The notes below the pieces were generated by a model. That model was not told the origin of the DNA. It did no database searches and saw only the letters and a list, made by a program, of their open reading frames with translations. The position numbers and the translations under genes are program-made. From UHGV virus genome UHGV-0021437: DNA of 51,060 nt; one strand, 5' to 3'. Shown one piece after another: positions 16,646 to 26,886 of this stretch. The stretch's first letter is position 1; each line of letters opens with the position of its first letter. The DNA comes from a virus.

Positions 16646-17641
16646 TTAAATTGTTGCATCCTTATATTTTCCATTTACCTTTACTTTAACAATTCCAGTA
16701 CTGTATTTTCCATCTTTTCTATACATCATACCCGTTTTATATTTACTACTTTGTTTTGTGTAACAATTTGCTTGTAACTTAAATATAGCATATAATGTCA
16801 TGTTTGCTGTTATTATGTTCGTTTCTTCAATATATGAACCACTTCCGTTTTGATTTGTGTTCCATCCTAGAAACTTATAATTAGCTCTTTCTGCTGTTGG
16901 CAATGAACCTATTCTGTCTCCATAATAAATCATTCTTTCAACTGAATCAGAACCACTAACTGTTCCTCCATTTGATTTTGCATCAAATTTAATTACACAG
17001 CTTATTCTCTCCCACTCTGCATATAAGTCGGCATTTCTTTCATACGACCATACCCATGGCTTTCCAATATATGAAGTCCAGTCTGTTCCGTTACTTTCCC
17101 TCCAACCTTTAAACACATAGCCATTTCTTGTAAAAAAGTTTTCTTGTGTAACATAACTTGAACCATAATAAACTTGCTCTGACCATCTGTCATTTTGATT
17201 CCACAGACCACCGTTTCCATAATAAGTAATTGTATATCTGTCTATTGCAGGAATTGTAAAGTTTACACTTGCTGTGTATGAGTTTCCTCCACCATATTCT
17301 ATTCCTGTAAACCTAGCAGAGCATGTACCAATAGAACTAGATGTTCCTCTATTGTACGTTTTACTGTATGTTCCGATTAAAACTTGATTTGCTGTATCCC
17401 AACTATGTCCAGAACTTGTGTTGATACTTCTACTTCCTATACTAGAATTTGCAGAAGCTCCCCAATCAAAATAGAACGTATTAGAACTATCTTGACATGA
17501 ATACTGCGACCAATACCATACTTGCACTGTTATTGTGGTTTGTGTTTTGCTATTTGAAGATTCTACATATAATCCTATACAACCTTGGTAGGCTGTTCCT
17601 GTTGAAACTGAGCTCCATTGCGTTCCGCTTGGTGCTGACAT
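16646..17641 (-). CDS. tail fibre / receptor-binding protein with Listeria-Bacteroides repeats (Flg_new-type)
   Basis: Two repeats of Y..F.GW.......Y......LYA.W type: YVFKGWRESNGTDWTSY...ADLYAEW and YKFLGWNTNQNGSGSY...TLYAIF. Confidence 0.55.
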   Translation of the reverse strand: MSAPSGTQWSSVSTGTAYQGCIGLYVESSNSKTQTTITVQVWYWSQYSCQDSSNTFYFDWGASANSSIGSRSINTSSGHSWDTANQVLIGTYSKTYNRGTSSSIGTCSARFTGIEYGGGNSYTASVNFTIPAIDRYTITYYGNGGLWNQNDRWSEQVYYGSSYVTQENFFTRNGYVFKGWRESNGTDWTSYIGKPWVWSYERNADLYAEWERISCVIKFDAKSNGGTVSGSDSVERMIYYGDRIGSLPTAERANYKFLGWNTNQNGSGSYIEETNIITANMTLYAIFKLQANCYTKQSSKYKTGMMYRKDGKYSTGIVKVKVNGKYKDATI

Positions 17642-17653
17642 TTACAACACCTC

Positions 17654-18364
17654 CTATTCTGCTATGCGGATATAGATGTCTCCATCTTTTCCTGTTGAAT
17701 CACTTGGTACTGCTGTTCCCTGTCTGATTGTAGGCATTGCATTTATCTTTGTATTAATCTCATTAATTTGATTTTGCAAACTTATAGCCGCATCTTGTCC
17801 TAGCTGTCCTTTAATACCATCAAACCACTCATTGAACATTGCTGTAAACTGCGAAAACAAATCGGATGTACTTATTTGCTGAACAACTCCTGTTACGAAT
17901 CCACAAACCTCATTATACGGTCGCATATCTGTTATATCTGACGGACTAAAACTAGATGCACCAACTGGCTTTCTTATTGTTGCTAATTGTATTTCTTTAA
18001 CTGTTGATGTTCTTGAAACGCTTGCACTATTTTGTTTCAATTCAAGTGACATCTTTCTATTTGTTTTATCCAACCTTATTACAACAGAATCTTCCTGCAC
18101 ATATGATGAACTATTAACTGGAATTGTTAATGTTTTGTTTTCTGTTAATTCATAATAATACCCATCTATATAAGCACTTCCCGCTTTTACTGTTACTTTT
18201 AATCCACTTTGCGCTGAAACTTTTAATCCATCTGTAGGATTTACAAAAACACCATTTCCAATAAACTTTGAAAAGTAGCTTGCAAAATCATCCGCATTGT
18301 ATGTTCTGTCATACACTCCGTTACTTGTTTCAACTGCATTAAAAAACCCATACTTCTCTGCCAT
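17654..18364 (-). CDS. tail/baseplate structural protein (236 aa)
   Basis: Position between Tal and the receptor-binding protein. C-terminus GTAVPSDSTGKDGDIYI is fibre-like. Confidence 0.4.
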   Translation of the reverse strand: MAEKYGFFNAVETSNGVYDRTYNADDFASYFSKFIGNGVFVNPTDGLKVSAQSGLKVTVKAGSAYIDGYYYELTENKTLTIPVNSSSYVQEDSVVIRLDKTNRKMSLELKQNSASVSRTSTVKEIQLATIRKPVGASSFSPSDITDMRPYNEVCGFVTGVVQQISTSDLFSQFTAMFNEWFDGIKGQLGQDAAISLQNQINEINTKINAMPTIRQGTAVPSDSTGKDGDIYIRIAE

Positions 18365-18383
18365 AACAATTCACTCCTTTCAA

Positions 18384-19892
18384 TTATATTTTTCTTCCAG
18401 TCCAATTTCCACCATTTCTAAATCCAATATATAAATTATTTGAAACATCAACCATCATTATAACACCATCACTTCCTCCATTTGTTACAAATACCCCTTT
18501 TGAATATGTTGGTATCGTCAACCCATCTGGAAAAGGAACATTACTATGAGCATTAACAAAAAACGATTTATTATCTTGCGGGAGATGGTCTATATCTTTT
18601 GCTATAGCATCTGCTTTCAAATTTTTGATAAATGTTATATCACTTTTAACTCCATCTAAACCTGTCTCTAATTTCTTTGTATTTGCTTCAAGATATTTTA
18701 CATTTACATTGTTTTCTTCGACCTTTTTTATTGCTATCTCTGACTTATCTATAACATCCTTGATTCTTGAGCCATATGTAAACTCTAAATCTACGATTTC
18801 TCTATCACCTTGCCTTGTCACTGTTACATTAGTAATCTGTGCATCAATTTCCATTCCTAGTTCTTCATCCGCTACTGTAACAAAATCTCCAATATTATAA
18901 TCCGTTTTATAAGTATACTGTTTTGTAATATCTGTAACTGTTGCTGTATATTCTTCACTCAAATCATTGTCTTTGGCTTTTTCATCTGCTCTTTGTTTCA
19001 TCAGTTCTTCATACTCTGCATCAGTTAATGTTTTGCTATCCTGTTCACTTTGAATGTCTCTTGCATCAACCCATAATTCTCTTCTGTTCCAACCAGTACG
19101 CTCTCCAAAAGTAACGTCTGAATTAACATCTATGTTATACCACTTTCTATCTGCTCCCTCTCCCTCTCCCGCAATATATACTGTATTTTTTAACTTACTT
19201 CTGTCAACTGTATAATCAGTATTTGCTATATTGCTTAACGATTGAGAAAACACGACAGAGCTTATAGCCTTATTTCCTCTTTGTCTTGTTCTATCTTCAC
19301 CCGCTCCAATTATCAATGTCCAATCATCAATGTTTTGCGGATGTTCTGTATTAGTAACTGTAACATTTGGTCTTAATGCAATTCTTAATTTGTCTACTTC
19401 TACGACCTCACTTATTTCATCCCACAATGAGCCACCTGTAACTTGTTTGTCTATCGTACTACATACTTGTTTTAATCTTTCTTCATCTTCAAACTCAACT
19501 GTTAGTGCAACATTTCTGTTACTATCATCTGACATTATAAGATTTTGTTTTACAAGCTCTTCAATGTATTTATAACTTTTACCTTTAAATGTTACCTGTC
19601 CTTTAATCACTCTGTACTCTAATAACTTTAAAGCAAGACTACCTTTTATCGAAAATACTCTGCTTGTTTCGCTGTCACTCTCACGCTTTACAGATTCAAT
19701 AACTCCGAACACATCATGGTCTAACAAAACATAATAATTTTTTGTCTTATCCATCAAATACAAGTTTTCTTTATCGAGCATTGCATTAATTGTAAATTTT
19801 CCAATTTCTCTTGCTTTAAACTCATACTGTGAATATTCATACTTTCTGAGAATGTCAACTATACGCATTGTATCGTCTAAAACCATTATCAT
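18384..19892 (-). CDS. tail-associated protein (Tal-like, siphovirus tail tip), 502 aa
   Basis: Position downstream of Dit. Size and N-terminal region are typical of the siphovirus Gp44/Tal family. Confidence 0.5.
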   Translation of the reverse strand: MIMVLDDTMRIVDILRKYEYSQYEFKAREIGKFTINAMLDKENLYLMDKTKNYYVLLDHDVFGVIESVKRESDSETSRVFSIKGSLALKLLEYRVIKGQVTFKGKSYKYIEELVKQNLIMSDDSNRNVALTVEFEDEERLKQVCSTIDKQVTGGSLWDEISEVVEVDKLRIALRPNVTVTNTEHPQNIDDWTLIIGAGEDRTRQRGNKAISSVVFSQSLSNIANTDYTVDRSKLKNTVYIAGEGEGADRKWYNIDVNSDVTFGERTGWNRRELWVDARDIQSEQDSKTLTDAEYEELMKQRADEKAKDNDLSEEYTATVTDITKQYTYKTDYNIGDFVTVADEELGMEIDAQITNVTVTRQGDREIVDLEFTYGSRIKDVIDKSEIAIKKVEENNVNVKYLEANTKKLETGLDGVKSDITFIKNLKADAIAKDIDHLPQDNKSFFVNAHSNVPFPDGLTIPTYSKGVFVTNGGSDGVIMMVDVSNNLYIGFRNGGNWTGRKI

Positions 19893-19896
19893 ATAA

Positions 19897-20841
19897 TTAC
19901 ATCCCCCTTATATTAAAATATTGTTCCCTATACTCAAAACTAACATCCATGACACCATCACTAGGCTGTGTTTCGTATGAATAATAATTTTTACCAATAA
20001 GTATCTTAAACAACTTATAACCAACTTCCATATTTCCAACTATTGAATATTCTTCGCCACTTTGCGTATGCAGTTTAACGCTTTCTTCTCCGATATTTGT
20101 ATTTATAACAATTTCATCACCAGCAGACATACTCAAATCAGAAAATATAATTTTTGCATCTTCTGTTATGCTGTTCACTTGCTGTGTTATAAGCGTATCT
20201 GATACCGCTTTCATTCTAATAATACAACCAACTGGAACATCACCGCTGTTTTCAAACAAAACAATTTTCTGTCTATGTCCTACTCCCATTGTTACTCCTT
20301 TTGTTTTTGGAATTGTTAATGGAAACTTGAACTTGTTTTCGAAAACAGAAAAATTAACTGTTTTTGTTTCTTTGTAAAACATTGGATTGAAACATTCAAA
20401 CTCCAAAATAAACTTACATAACACTTCATTGTTTTCTTTATATGTTTTTGAATATTTTGGCGGTGCTGTTGGTCTTGCATCTAAATAAAATCCATTTGCT
20501 TCTATAATCATTTCTTGATAAATAGAAACAATTCTATCAAGTTCTTCCTTTTTGTCTTGTACTGCTGTTTCACAATTCTGCCAGTATTGCTCCCATGTGC
20601 TTGCCTGTTCTACATCCTTAGCAACAACATATCCTGTTATTGTTGGCTTTCTTGTTCCAACTGTTAAACCCGCATAAGATTGCCCTATCTGGTAAGGCAC
20701 TCTATATGCGGACATTTCTACGCTAGGTGTATCCCAATCAATTTCATCAACGATATAATAACCATCTTTTGAATCAATAACAATACTGTCTTCCGTTACG
20801 CTGTTTGTTAGTGTAACTTTTTTGACCATTGTTTTCACCAC
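19897..20841 (-). CDS. distal tail protein (Dit-like)
   Basis: 314-aa ORF immediately after the tape measure gene. Confidence 0.5.
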   Translation of the reverse strand: MVKTMVKKVTLTNSVTEDSIVIDSKDGYYIVDEIDWDTPSVEMSAYRVPYQIGQSYAGLTVGTRKPTITGYVVAKDVEQASTWEQYWQNCETAVQDKKEELDRIVSIYQEMIIEANGFYLDARPTAPPKYSKTYKENNEVLCKFILEFECFNPMFYKETKTVNFSVFENKFKFPLTIPKTKGVTMGVGHRQKIVLFENSGDVPVGCIIRMKAVSDTLITQQVNSITEDAKIIFSDLSMSAGDEIVINTNIGEESVKLHTQSGEEYSIVGNMEVGYKLFKILIGKNYYSYETQPSDGVMDVSFEYREQYFNIRGM

Positions 20842-20844
20842 CTT

Positions 20845-23800
20845 TTAAAATCCTAACAGTAACTCCCTTTTTGCTTTCTTCATTTGTCTTGCATACTCAT
20901 ATGCGTTTGGCTTTGTATTGTAGAAATTAAATGTATCACCACTGCTATTTCTACCTCTACTGCTATTATACTCTTCATTCTCCTGTTTTGTCAATACCCT
21001 TTCACCCTTATGCAATTCTGCTACATATCCATTGAAAGGTACATAATCCAAACCACTTGCATGTTTACCATTTACACTCTTTGCGGCTGATTTCGCTTCA
21101 TTCGCGCCACTTACTACATTTTTAAATCCGCTGACAATTCCGCTGACAAAACTTCCAATCTTGCTTGCAAAATCGCTTACCCATCCGAGTATGCTTTCTC
21201 CTATGCTCTTTAATCCATTCCACATCTGCGTCAAGATATTTCTACCCGCACTGTACATCTGACTACCTAATGCAAGTATTTTGCTAGGTATTTGCGTTAC
21301 AATACTCCAAACCTTGCTAGGTAACTGTTGCATAAATGAAATAAACTTTGAAACGAAATTAGAGGCTGTCTGAACTCCACTCTGTACGAGCTGTGAACCC
21401 CATGAAATAATATTGCTCAATGTATTTGATAGCCATTGGTACACTCTACTTGGTAACTGTGAGAACCACTGTACAACATTCGTTAAGAAATTTGAAGCGG
21501 ATTCTGTTCCGCTTTGTACAGTATTTGTTCCCCATTCAACAATCTTATTAATTGTTTCAAGTAGCCACGTCCATATTCTACTAGGTAATTGTGCAAACCA
21601 TGTTACAATGTTTTCAATTATCACTGGAAGTTCTGTTGTTGCCCATTCGATACATGATTGACCGAACAGGTAAATATGTCCTAACATTTCACCGATTGCA
21701 TAACCAACCTTATAAGGCAATTCATTAAACCATGTTACAACTGCATTTATTGTATTTGGTATTGTTTCATTTACGAAAGTATTAAATGCATTCGGAATTG
21801 TTTCTGTAAAAAAACTAATCACATTATCAACAAAACCTTGTATTGTTTCAACTGCATTATTGAATACCTCTGGTATTGTTTCTGTAAAGAATGTTTTAAC
21901 ACTGTCAAACGCTCCTAATATGATTTCTGGTAATCTGCTAAATATATCAGATACATTATCAAAAAACTCTTGAAACTTTTGTGCCGCTTCATCAAGTCCG
22001 AACTTCTCTAATATCTTAGCTCCTATATCTCCTATAGTGCTTAGAATTGTACTTCCTATACTTGTGAATGTTTCAATTATGTTATCAAACAATCCTTTTA
22101 TTCCATCTGCAACCTGTTCAAAATCTCCTGTGAATACTCCTATGAATATATCCATAATACTCAATATGTTGTTTAAAACAAGTTGTATAACATCAACAAG
22201 TGTTGAAAAAGCTCCCTCAAACACTGGCGCAAATATATCACATAATGTCTCCCATGCTGTTTTAATTATATCTGTTATACTTTCAAAGTTAAAACCTAAC
22301 TCATTTATTTTACTTATGAATTGATTTACAAAATCTGAAAAAACATTCTTTAGTTCATTGAATGTGTTTGTTATATTGTTTCTGAATTCTTCATTTGTTT
22401 TCCATAATGTCACAAACATTGCAACCAATGTTCCTATAACTGCAACAACTCCCAAAATAGGTGCTATAGCTGAACTAAACGTTGTTACAATTTTTGTTAT
22501 AGCACTTGGTATTCCACCCATGCCCGCTATTAATTCAGATTGCCCCATGCTTAGAAGCTGTATCGTCTTTGTTACACTTCCAATAACTCCACTTGCTGTT
22601 TTAACAACTGTAATTATAGTTCCGATTGTGCTTGCAACCTTTGACAAAATAAGCAAAACTGGACCGATTGCGGCTACTACAATGCCCGCTTTTACAATGA
22701 ACTCCTGTTGTTCTTCTGATAGCTCATTAAATTTTGTTACAAGGTTCGTAAGCCACTTAATAAAATTTCTTATGTTTGGAATCAATACATTTGATATAAC
22801 AATTCCCGCACCCTCTAATGCTGATTTAAAAAGTGTTATATCACCCTTTAAATTATCGAGCTGTGTTTGTGCCTGTTTTAAAGCTGAATCATTTGCATCT
22901 TTCAATCCCTCTTTGAAATCATTTACTTTTTCTGTTGATGAAACTGTCATTTTATTGAACGCTTGCAAACCATACGTTGTGAATATGGTGTTTTTATATG
23001 CGTTTCGTTCTTCTTCTGACATTCCACTTAGTCTTCCATTTAATTCATCTACAACCTCATTAAAATCTCTTGCATTTCCTTGTGCATCATACACTGAAAC
23101 TCCTAATTCGTCAAGTGCTTTTTTGGCTGTACTTGTTGGAGTATACAAATCCATCATTGCTCTGTTTAGTGCTGTTGCCGCTTCTTCTCCTGTTATGTTT
23201 TGTTCTGCTAATCGTAGCAAACTTAATGTTACGCTATCCATGTTTTGTCCATAACTTTTTGCTGTTGCAGATGAAGACGAAAGAGCTGTTCCTAATCCTC
23301 TAACATCTGTGTTCGCCATTGTTGCTCCTTTAGCAACTAAGTCTGTAACACGCTTAGCTTCACCCATCCCTTTTCCAAAACCTTTTAATGTTCCAACAAC
23401 ATATGTAGAAGAATCTGCAAGGCTTAGATTTCCCGCCGCCGCAAGGTTTAATACCTCTGGTAACGCTGTCATTTGCTCTTCTGCTGTTAATCCGCTCTGT
23501 GCTAGTACGTTCAATCCCTCTGCCGCCTGTGTTGCGCTAAACGCTGTTGTAGCACCCATATGCTGTGCAAATTTAGAAAGATTTTGAATCTTATCTGTTG
23601 TCGTTCCCATTGTTGCGGCAACTTGTGACATTGCACTTTCGAAATCTGTTCCCGCTTTCAATGCCACCGCTCCTACACCTGCAAGTGGTAATGTCACACT
23701 TCTTGACAATGTACTACCAACTGTGGAGAACGCACTTGAAAGTCCTTTAAACTTTTGTTCTGCTGTGGCTGAATTATCCCCAAAAACTTTTAGGTCATTA

Positions 23801-23880
23801 TAAGCGGATTTAAACCCTTTTTGAAACTTACTTGAATCAAGTTCCAAGTATGCCACAGCAGTTCCCATATTAACCGCCAT
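20845..23880 (-). CDS. tail tape measure protein (1011 aa)
   Basis: Long alpha-helical protein with hydrophobic transmembrane-like segments. Positioned after the tail chaperone. RBS AAAGGAGAAATAAATG. Confidence 0.85.
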   Translation of the reverse strand: MAVNMGTAVAYLELDSSKFQKGFKSAYNDLKVFGDNSATAEQKFKGLSSAFSTVGSTLSRSVTLPLAGVGAVALKAGTDFESAMSQVAATMGTTTDKIQNLSKFAQHMGATTAFSATQAAEGLNVLAQSGLTAEEQMTALPEVLNLAAAGNLSLADSSTYVVGTLKGFGKGMGEAKRVTDLVAKGATMANTDVRGLGTALSSSSATAKSYGQNMDSVTLSLLRLAEQNITGEEAATALNRAMMDLYTPTSTAKKALDELGVSVYDAQGNARDFNEVVDELNGRLSGMSEEERNAYKNTIFTTYGLQAFNKMTVSSTEKVNDFKEGLKDANDSALKQAQTQLDNLKGDITLFKSALEGAGIVISNVLIPNIRNFIKWLTNLVTKFNELSEEQQEFIVKAGIVVAAIGPVLLILSKVASTIGTIITVVKTASGVIGSVTKTIQLLSMGQSELIAGMGGIPSAITKIVTTFSSAIAPILGVVAVIGTLVAMFVTLWKTNEEFRNNITNTFNELKNVFSDFVNQFISKINELGFNFESITDIIKTAWETLCDIFAPVFEGAFSTLVDVIQLVLNNILSIMDIFIGVFTGDFEQVADGIKGLFDNIIETFTSIGSTILSTIGDIGAKILEKFGLDEAAQKFQEFFDNVSDIFSRLPEIILGAFDSVKTFFTETIPEVFNNAVETIQGFVDNVISFFTETIPNAFNTFVNETIPNTINAVVTWFNELPYKVGYAIGEMLGHIYLFGQSCIEWATTELPVIIENIVTWFAQLPSRIWTWLLETINKIVEWGTNTVQSGTESASNFLTNVVQWFSQLPSRVYQWLSNTLSNIISWGSQLVQSGVQTASNFVSKFISFMQQLPSKVWSIVTQIPSKILALGSQMYSAGRNILTQMWNGLKSIGESILGWVSDFASKIGSFVSGIVSGFKNVVSGANEAKSAAKSVNGKHASGLDYVPFNGYVAELHKGERVLTKQENEEYNSSRGRNSSGDTFNFYNTKPNAYEYARQMKKAKRELLLGF

Positions 23881-23902
23881 TTATTTCTCCTTTCAAACAA
23901 TA

Positions 23903-24145
23903 CTATTCATACTGTTTATAAAAATCTTTAAAATTACTATAATGTTTTGTTTCCGCTTTTTTGTTCTGTTCTATGTAATGAGGTTTTTCTCCCTCTGTTA
24001 GTCTCAATGTTAATTCACAACATGCTTCGTTAAAACAAAAGGCAGTATAACTGTCCTCTATTCCTAACACTTCGCTAGGTAAACATTTATACTGCCTTGA
24101 TATTGCTAATACACTTTCTATCTTTTTACTCTGTACGAAAGGATT
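23903..24145 (-). CDS. candidate frameshift extension of the tail assembly chaperone (80 codons, no start codon, +1 frame)
   Basis: An open frame (NPFVQSKKIESVLAISRQYKCLPSEVLGIEDSYTAFCFNEACCELTLRLTEGEKPHYIEQNKKAETKHYSNFKDFYKQYE) with no ATG, GTG or TTG, +1 relative to the chaperone. It starts within the last 6 codons of the chaperone and fills the gap before the tape measure gene. Confidence 0.35.
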   Translation of the reverse strand, partial: NPFVQSKKIESVLAISRQYKCLPSEVLGIEDSYTAFCFNEACCELTLRLTEGEKPHYIEQNKKAETKHYSNFKDFYKQYE

Positions 24146-24551
24146 CTAACGCTTTTACCCCCTGCTGTGAGTAATTAAAAATGAACATCATCTGTTCATC
24201 TGTAAGCTCAATCCCTGTACTTTTGATTTCATCATATGTTGGCTCTACAAAAGTTTCACTTGCAATCAAATCAATTACATCATAGATTTCTTGCATCATA
24301 TTGTTTTCTTCTGTATCAAGACTTCCACTCTGTACGAATAACTCATTTGTTTTAACAAGTAATGAGTTTGGAATCTTTCCTTGTTTTGCCATTCCTAAAA
24401 TTGATGGTCTTTTAAGTTTTGCATAAAACGGTTGACCCTCTGCAAAATCTGGAAGTCTTACAATGTTTCCATCTGCATACTGTTTCAACTGTTCCAAACT
24501 TGTTACTTGTTCTGTTTTTTCTACTTTTTCTGTTTTCGCTGTTCTTGCCAT
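24126..24551 (-). CDS. tail assembly chaperone (gpG-like)
   Basis: 141 aa, acidic, located between the major tail protein and the tape measure. Followed by an overlapping start-less ORF. Confidence 0.6.
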   Translation of the reverse strand: MARTAKTEKVEKTEQVTSLEQLKQYADGNIVRLPDFAEGQPFYAKLKRPSILGMAKQGKIPNSLLVKTNELFVQSGSLDTEENNMMQEIYDVIDLIASETFVEPTYDEIKSTGIELTDEQMMFIFNYSQQGVKALESFRTE

Positions 24552-24575
24552 GTTCTTATTCTCCTATCTTTTATT

Positions 24576-25208
24576 CTAATTTACTGCGAGTCCTGTTTCG
24601 AAACTATCTTCATCAGACAATGCTACAACATCTGTAAACTGCGGAAGTGTTTTCACATAAGATATCTTATATGGTGCTTCTCCCTCTTTTGGTGCTGAAT
24701 TAATTGTGTACTCTGGAACTCTAAATACATCGTCTTCTGAACTCATTGCAACTGGTGTTCCTTGACAGTTTGGATATGTGATTTTTTCATATCTAACAAT
24801 CTGACCACTTGCATCATACTGTGCAGAATAACAATCAAGTTCAAATACTTTTCCTTTGTCTGTACTTCCCGCAACTGGTGGTGTATATGTTAATGAATCA
24901 CCAGTTCCCTCTACTGTTCCACCTTGCAGAATCTTAACAAGTTCTGGAATGAATACATTATCTGTTAATGTAATTTGATGTCCAGTGATTGTTGTAGTTG
25001 CTGGCTTCTGTGCAATTAATCTTCCGAGTTTTACAAGTTTAATTGCATCTGTTGTTTCTGTCTGTGGTTCTACTGCTACTTTATTCGCTGTATCTACCGC
25101 AATCTCTGTTGCATTAGAATCATCACCATCAACCATGCCTGTTCTTACTACAACAAGCGAAACATCAATGGTTGGGATTCCAACTGCTTTTTTCTGCGTT
25201 TTCGACAT
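24576..25208 (-). CDS. major tail protein (210 aa)
   Basis: Position and size. Confidence 0.55.
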   Translation of the reverse strand: MSKTQKKAVGIPTIDVSLVVVRTGMVDGDDSNATEIAVDTANKVAVEPQTETTDAIKLVKLGRLIAQKPATTTITGHQITLTDNVFIPELVKILQGGTVEGTGDSLTYTPPVAGSTDKGKVFELDCYSAQYDASGQIVRYEKITYPNCQGTPVAMSSEDDVFRVPEYTINSAPKEGEAPYKISYVKTLPQFTDVVALSDEDSFETGLAVN

Positions 25209-25220
25209 TATTTAACCCTC

Positions 25221-25580
25221 CTAATAATTTTCTATTTTTCTACATCCTTGGTATTGAAATGATACCATGTGTGCATTTTTATCTTCATCATAAAAACTGG
25301 CTGTTTCATTTCCAACATACATAACAAGTGGAAATACTTGCTTCATTTTTTGTTTTGTTTCAATCATGAAACTTTCGATTCTTCCATATCTGTTTACTGG
25401 AACGTATAACATAACTGTGTATAGCGGTCTTTCACTTGAAACTGTTTGTTGCTCATATGTTCCCTCTGACTTTACAACAACATACTCTTTCAGACATTCG
25501 CCTTTATGCTGTGATGGATAATATACATTTGTTCCATCTACCGCTATAGCATCCCTAATTTGCTCTATAATGCTTTTCAT
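25221..25580 (-). CDS. tail completion / tail terminator protein (119 aa)
   Basis: Position in the head-tail joining cluster. Confidence 0.4.
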   Translation of the reverse strand: MKSIIEQIRDAIAVDGTNVYYPSQHKGECLKEYVVVKSEGTYEQQTVSSERPLYTVMLYVPVNRYGRIESFMIETKQKMKQVFPLVMYVGNETASFYDEDKNAHMVSFQYQGCRKIENY

Positions 25581-25933
25581 TTGATATACCTCAATAAATC
25601 CTTATACCCATCTAAAACTTCCTTAGAACACGCATTAACGGTTGGTTGTAAGATTGCAAATCTTCTTTCATTACATAACTCTAAATATATACCATAATCA
25701 ACTCCATGACCTATATATATTCTAGTTCGCATCTTTCCAATTTGTTCCACCCATCCTGTTAGCCTTTGTCTTGCGTGCCCTGTTCTGTCTGTCCACGGTC
25801 TGTTCTTTTTAGCATAGTTCTGAAACTTTTTTGCACCACTTGTCGCAAACATTTTAATCGCAACTTGTGACTTTGTTTCGGCTCTTTCTAAATTGTCTAG
25901 TAGTTGTTTTGCATCAATTCTAATTGTTCCCAT
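25577..25933 (-). CDS. HK97 gp10-like head-tail joining protein (118 aa)
   Basis: Size, position, and an overlapping start that suggests translational coupling. Confidence 0.45.
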   Translation of the reverse strand: MGTIRIDAKQLLDNLERAETKSQVAIKMFATSGAKKFQNYAKKNRPWTDRTGHARQRLTGWVEQIGKMRTRIYIGHGVDYGIYLELCNERRFAILQPTVNACSKEVLDGYKDLLRYIK

Positions 25934-26300
25934 TCAACACCAACTCCATTGAAATATCACAAACAATGTTAAACTCTTGTATATTGTTTTTCTCAATAAC
26001 CTTATAAATGTTTTCATTAATCTGTATCAAATCACCATTCTTTATATCAACTGAATCACTGTATGATACCATTAATTTCGGTTGCCCTTTTGAATGTGTT
26101 TTAGAACCATCTGAAATGCTTTTTGTTATATATCCCTTTTCTGTATGAAACAATCCTTGTACTTCTGTTATGCTCTGCTGTTCATCCGTATCTTCTCCAT
26201 ATTTGTTTAATATTGTTCTTTTAACTTCATAGCTTCTGCCATGTGTTTTTATCTCTCGTTTTACTTTGTTTAGTTCTATCTGTAACATTTTCTCATTCAT
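25920..26300 (-). CDS. head closure / head-tail adaptor protein (126 aa)
   Basis: Position. Confidence 0.4.
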   Translation of the reverse strand: MNEKMLQIELNKVKREIKTHGRSYEVKRTILNKYGEDTDEQQSITEVQGLFHTEKGYITKSISDGSKTHSKGQPKLMVSYSDSVDIKNGDLIQINENIYKVIEKNNIQEFNIVCDISMELVLNGNN

Positions 26301-26545
26301 TTTAGCACCCCACTGTTTACAGAAACAAAATGGGATGCAAGCATTTTGAAATAACTAGAACTGTCTTTCGTGGTCAAACCGCTTACATCCAACCCTGTTA
26401 CTTCTGCTTTGATTATTAATCCATCATAGCTTGCTTTTCTAACATCACCATTATTTTTCTCTAACAGATACTGTAATTCATCCACTTCGAAATATGGTGC
26501 TTGTTTTTCTCTCAAGTTGAATTTTAACTGTTCTAAATTATCCAT
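26297..26545 (-). CDS. head-tail connector protein (82 aa)
   Basis: Position. Confidence 0.35.
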   Translation of the reverse strand: MDNLEQLKFNLREKQAPYFEVDELQYLLEKNNGDVRKASYDGLIIKAEVTGLDVSGLTTKDSSSYFKMLASHFVSVNSGVLK

Positions 26546-26568
26546 ATACGCTCACCTCCCACATTTGT

Positions 26569-26871
26569 TTACATCTTACTCTGTTGGATTGCTTTCTGAA
26601 TAATCTGTCTTGCTTCTCTTACATTCTTAGCTTTTGAAGTATCAATGTTATGTTTTGTTGCATACTCCGCAAGCTGTTCTTTGTTCATTTCAGAAATTGG
26701 AATTGTGTCAACTGAATCATCCTCAACAATTTCTTCATCTGTTTCAAAATCATCAATGTTCTGTTCTGCTTCATCAACAATAACATATCCATTCTGCTTA
26801 AACATTGTTTCATATGAGCGGCGGCTTACCTTAACGGTATGCTCACCTTTCATAATATTAACCATTGCCAT
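26569..26871 (-). CDS. hypothetical acidic protein with a C-terminal HeH-like motif (100 aa)
   Basis: MNKEQLAEYATKHNIDTSKAKNVREARQII resembles an HeH/Rho-N motif. Confidence 0.35.
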   Translation of the reverse strand: MAMVNIMKGEHTVKVSRRSYETMFKQNGYVIVDEAEQNIDDFETDEEIVEDDSVDTIPISEMNKEQLAEYATKHNIDTSKAKNVREARQIIQKAIQQSKM

Positions 26872-26886
26872 GTTTTATTCCTCCCT

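Noticed and set aside
20884-23587. Plus-strand ORFs inside the tape measure gene (for example 22358..23254, 298 aa)
   Set aside because: They are antisense to a strongly supported 1011-aa minus-strand gene. Their composition is low-complexity Ser/Thr/Phe-rich, typical of antisense artefacts of AT-rich coding DNA. No RBS is present.
23881-24151. Canonical -1 frameshift for the tail chaperone
   Set aside because: The -1 frame hits a stop after 7 codons. Only the +1 frame is open for 80 codons, so only a +1 event can be proposed.
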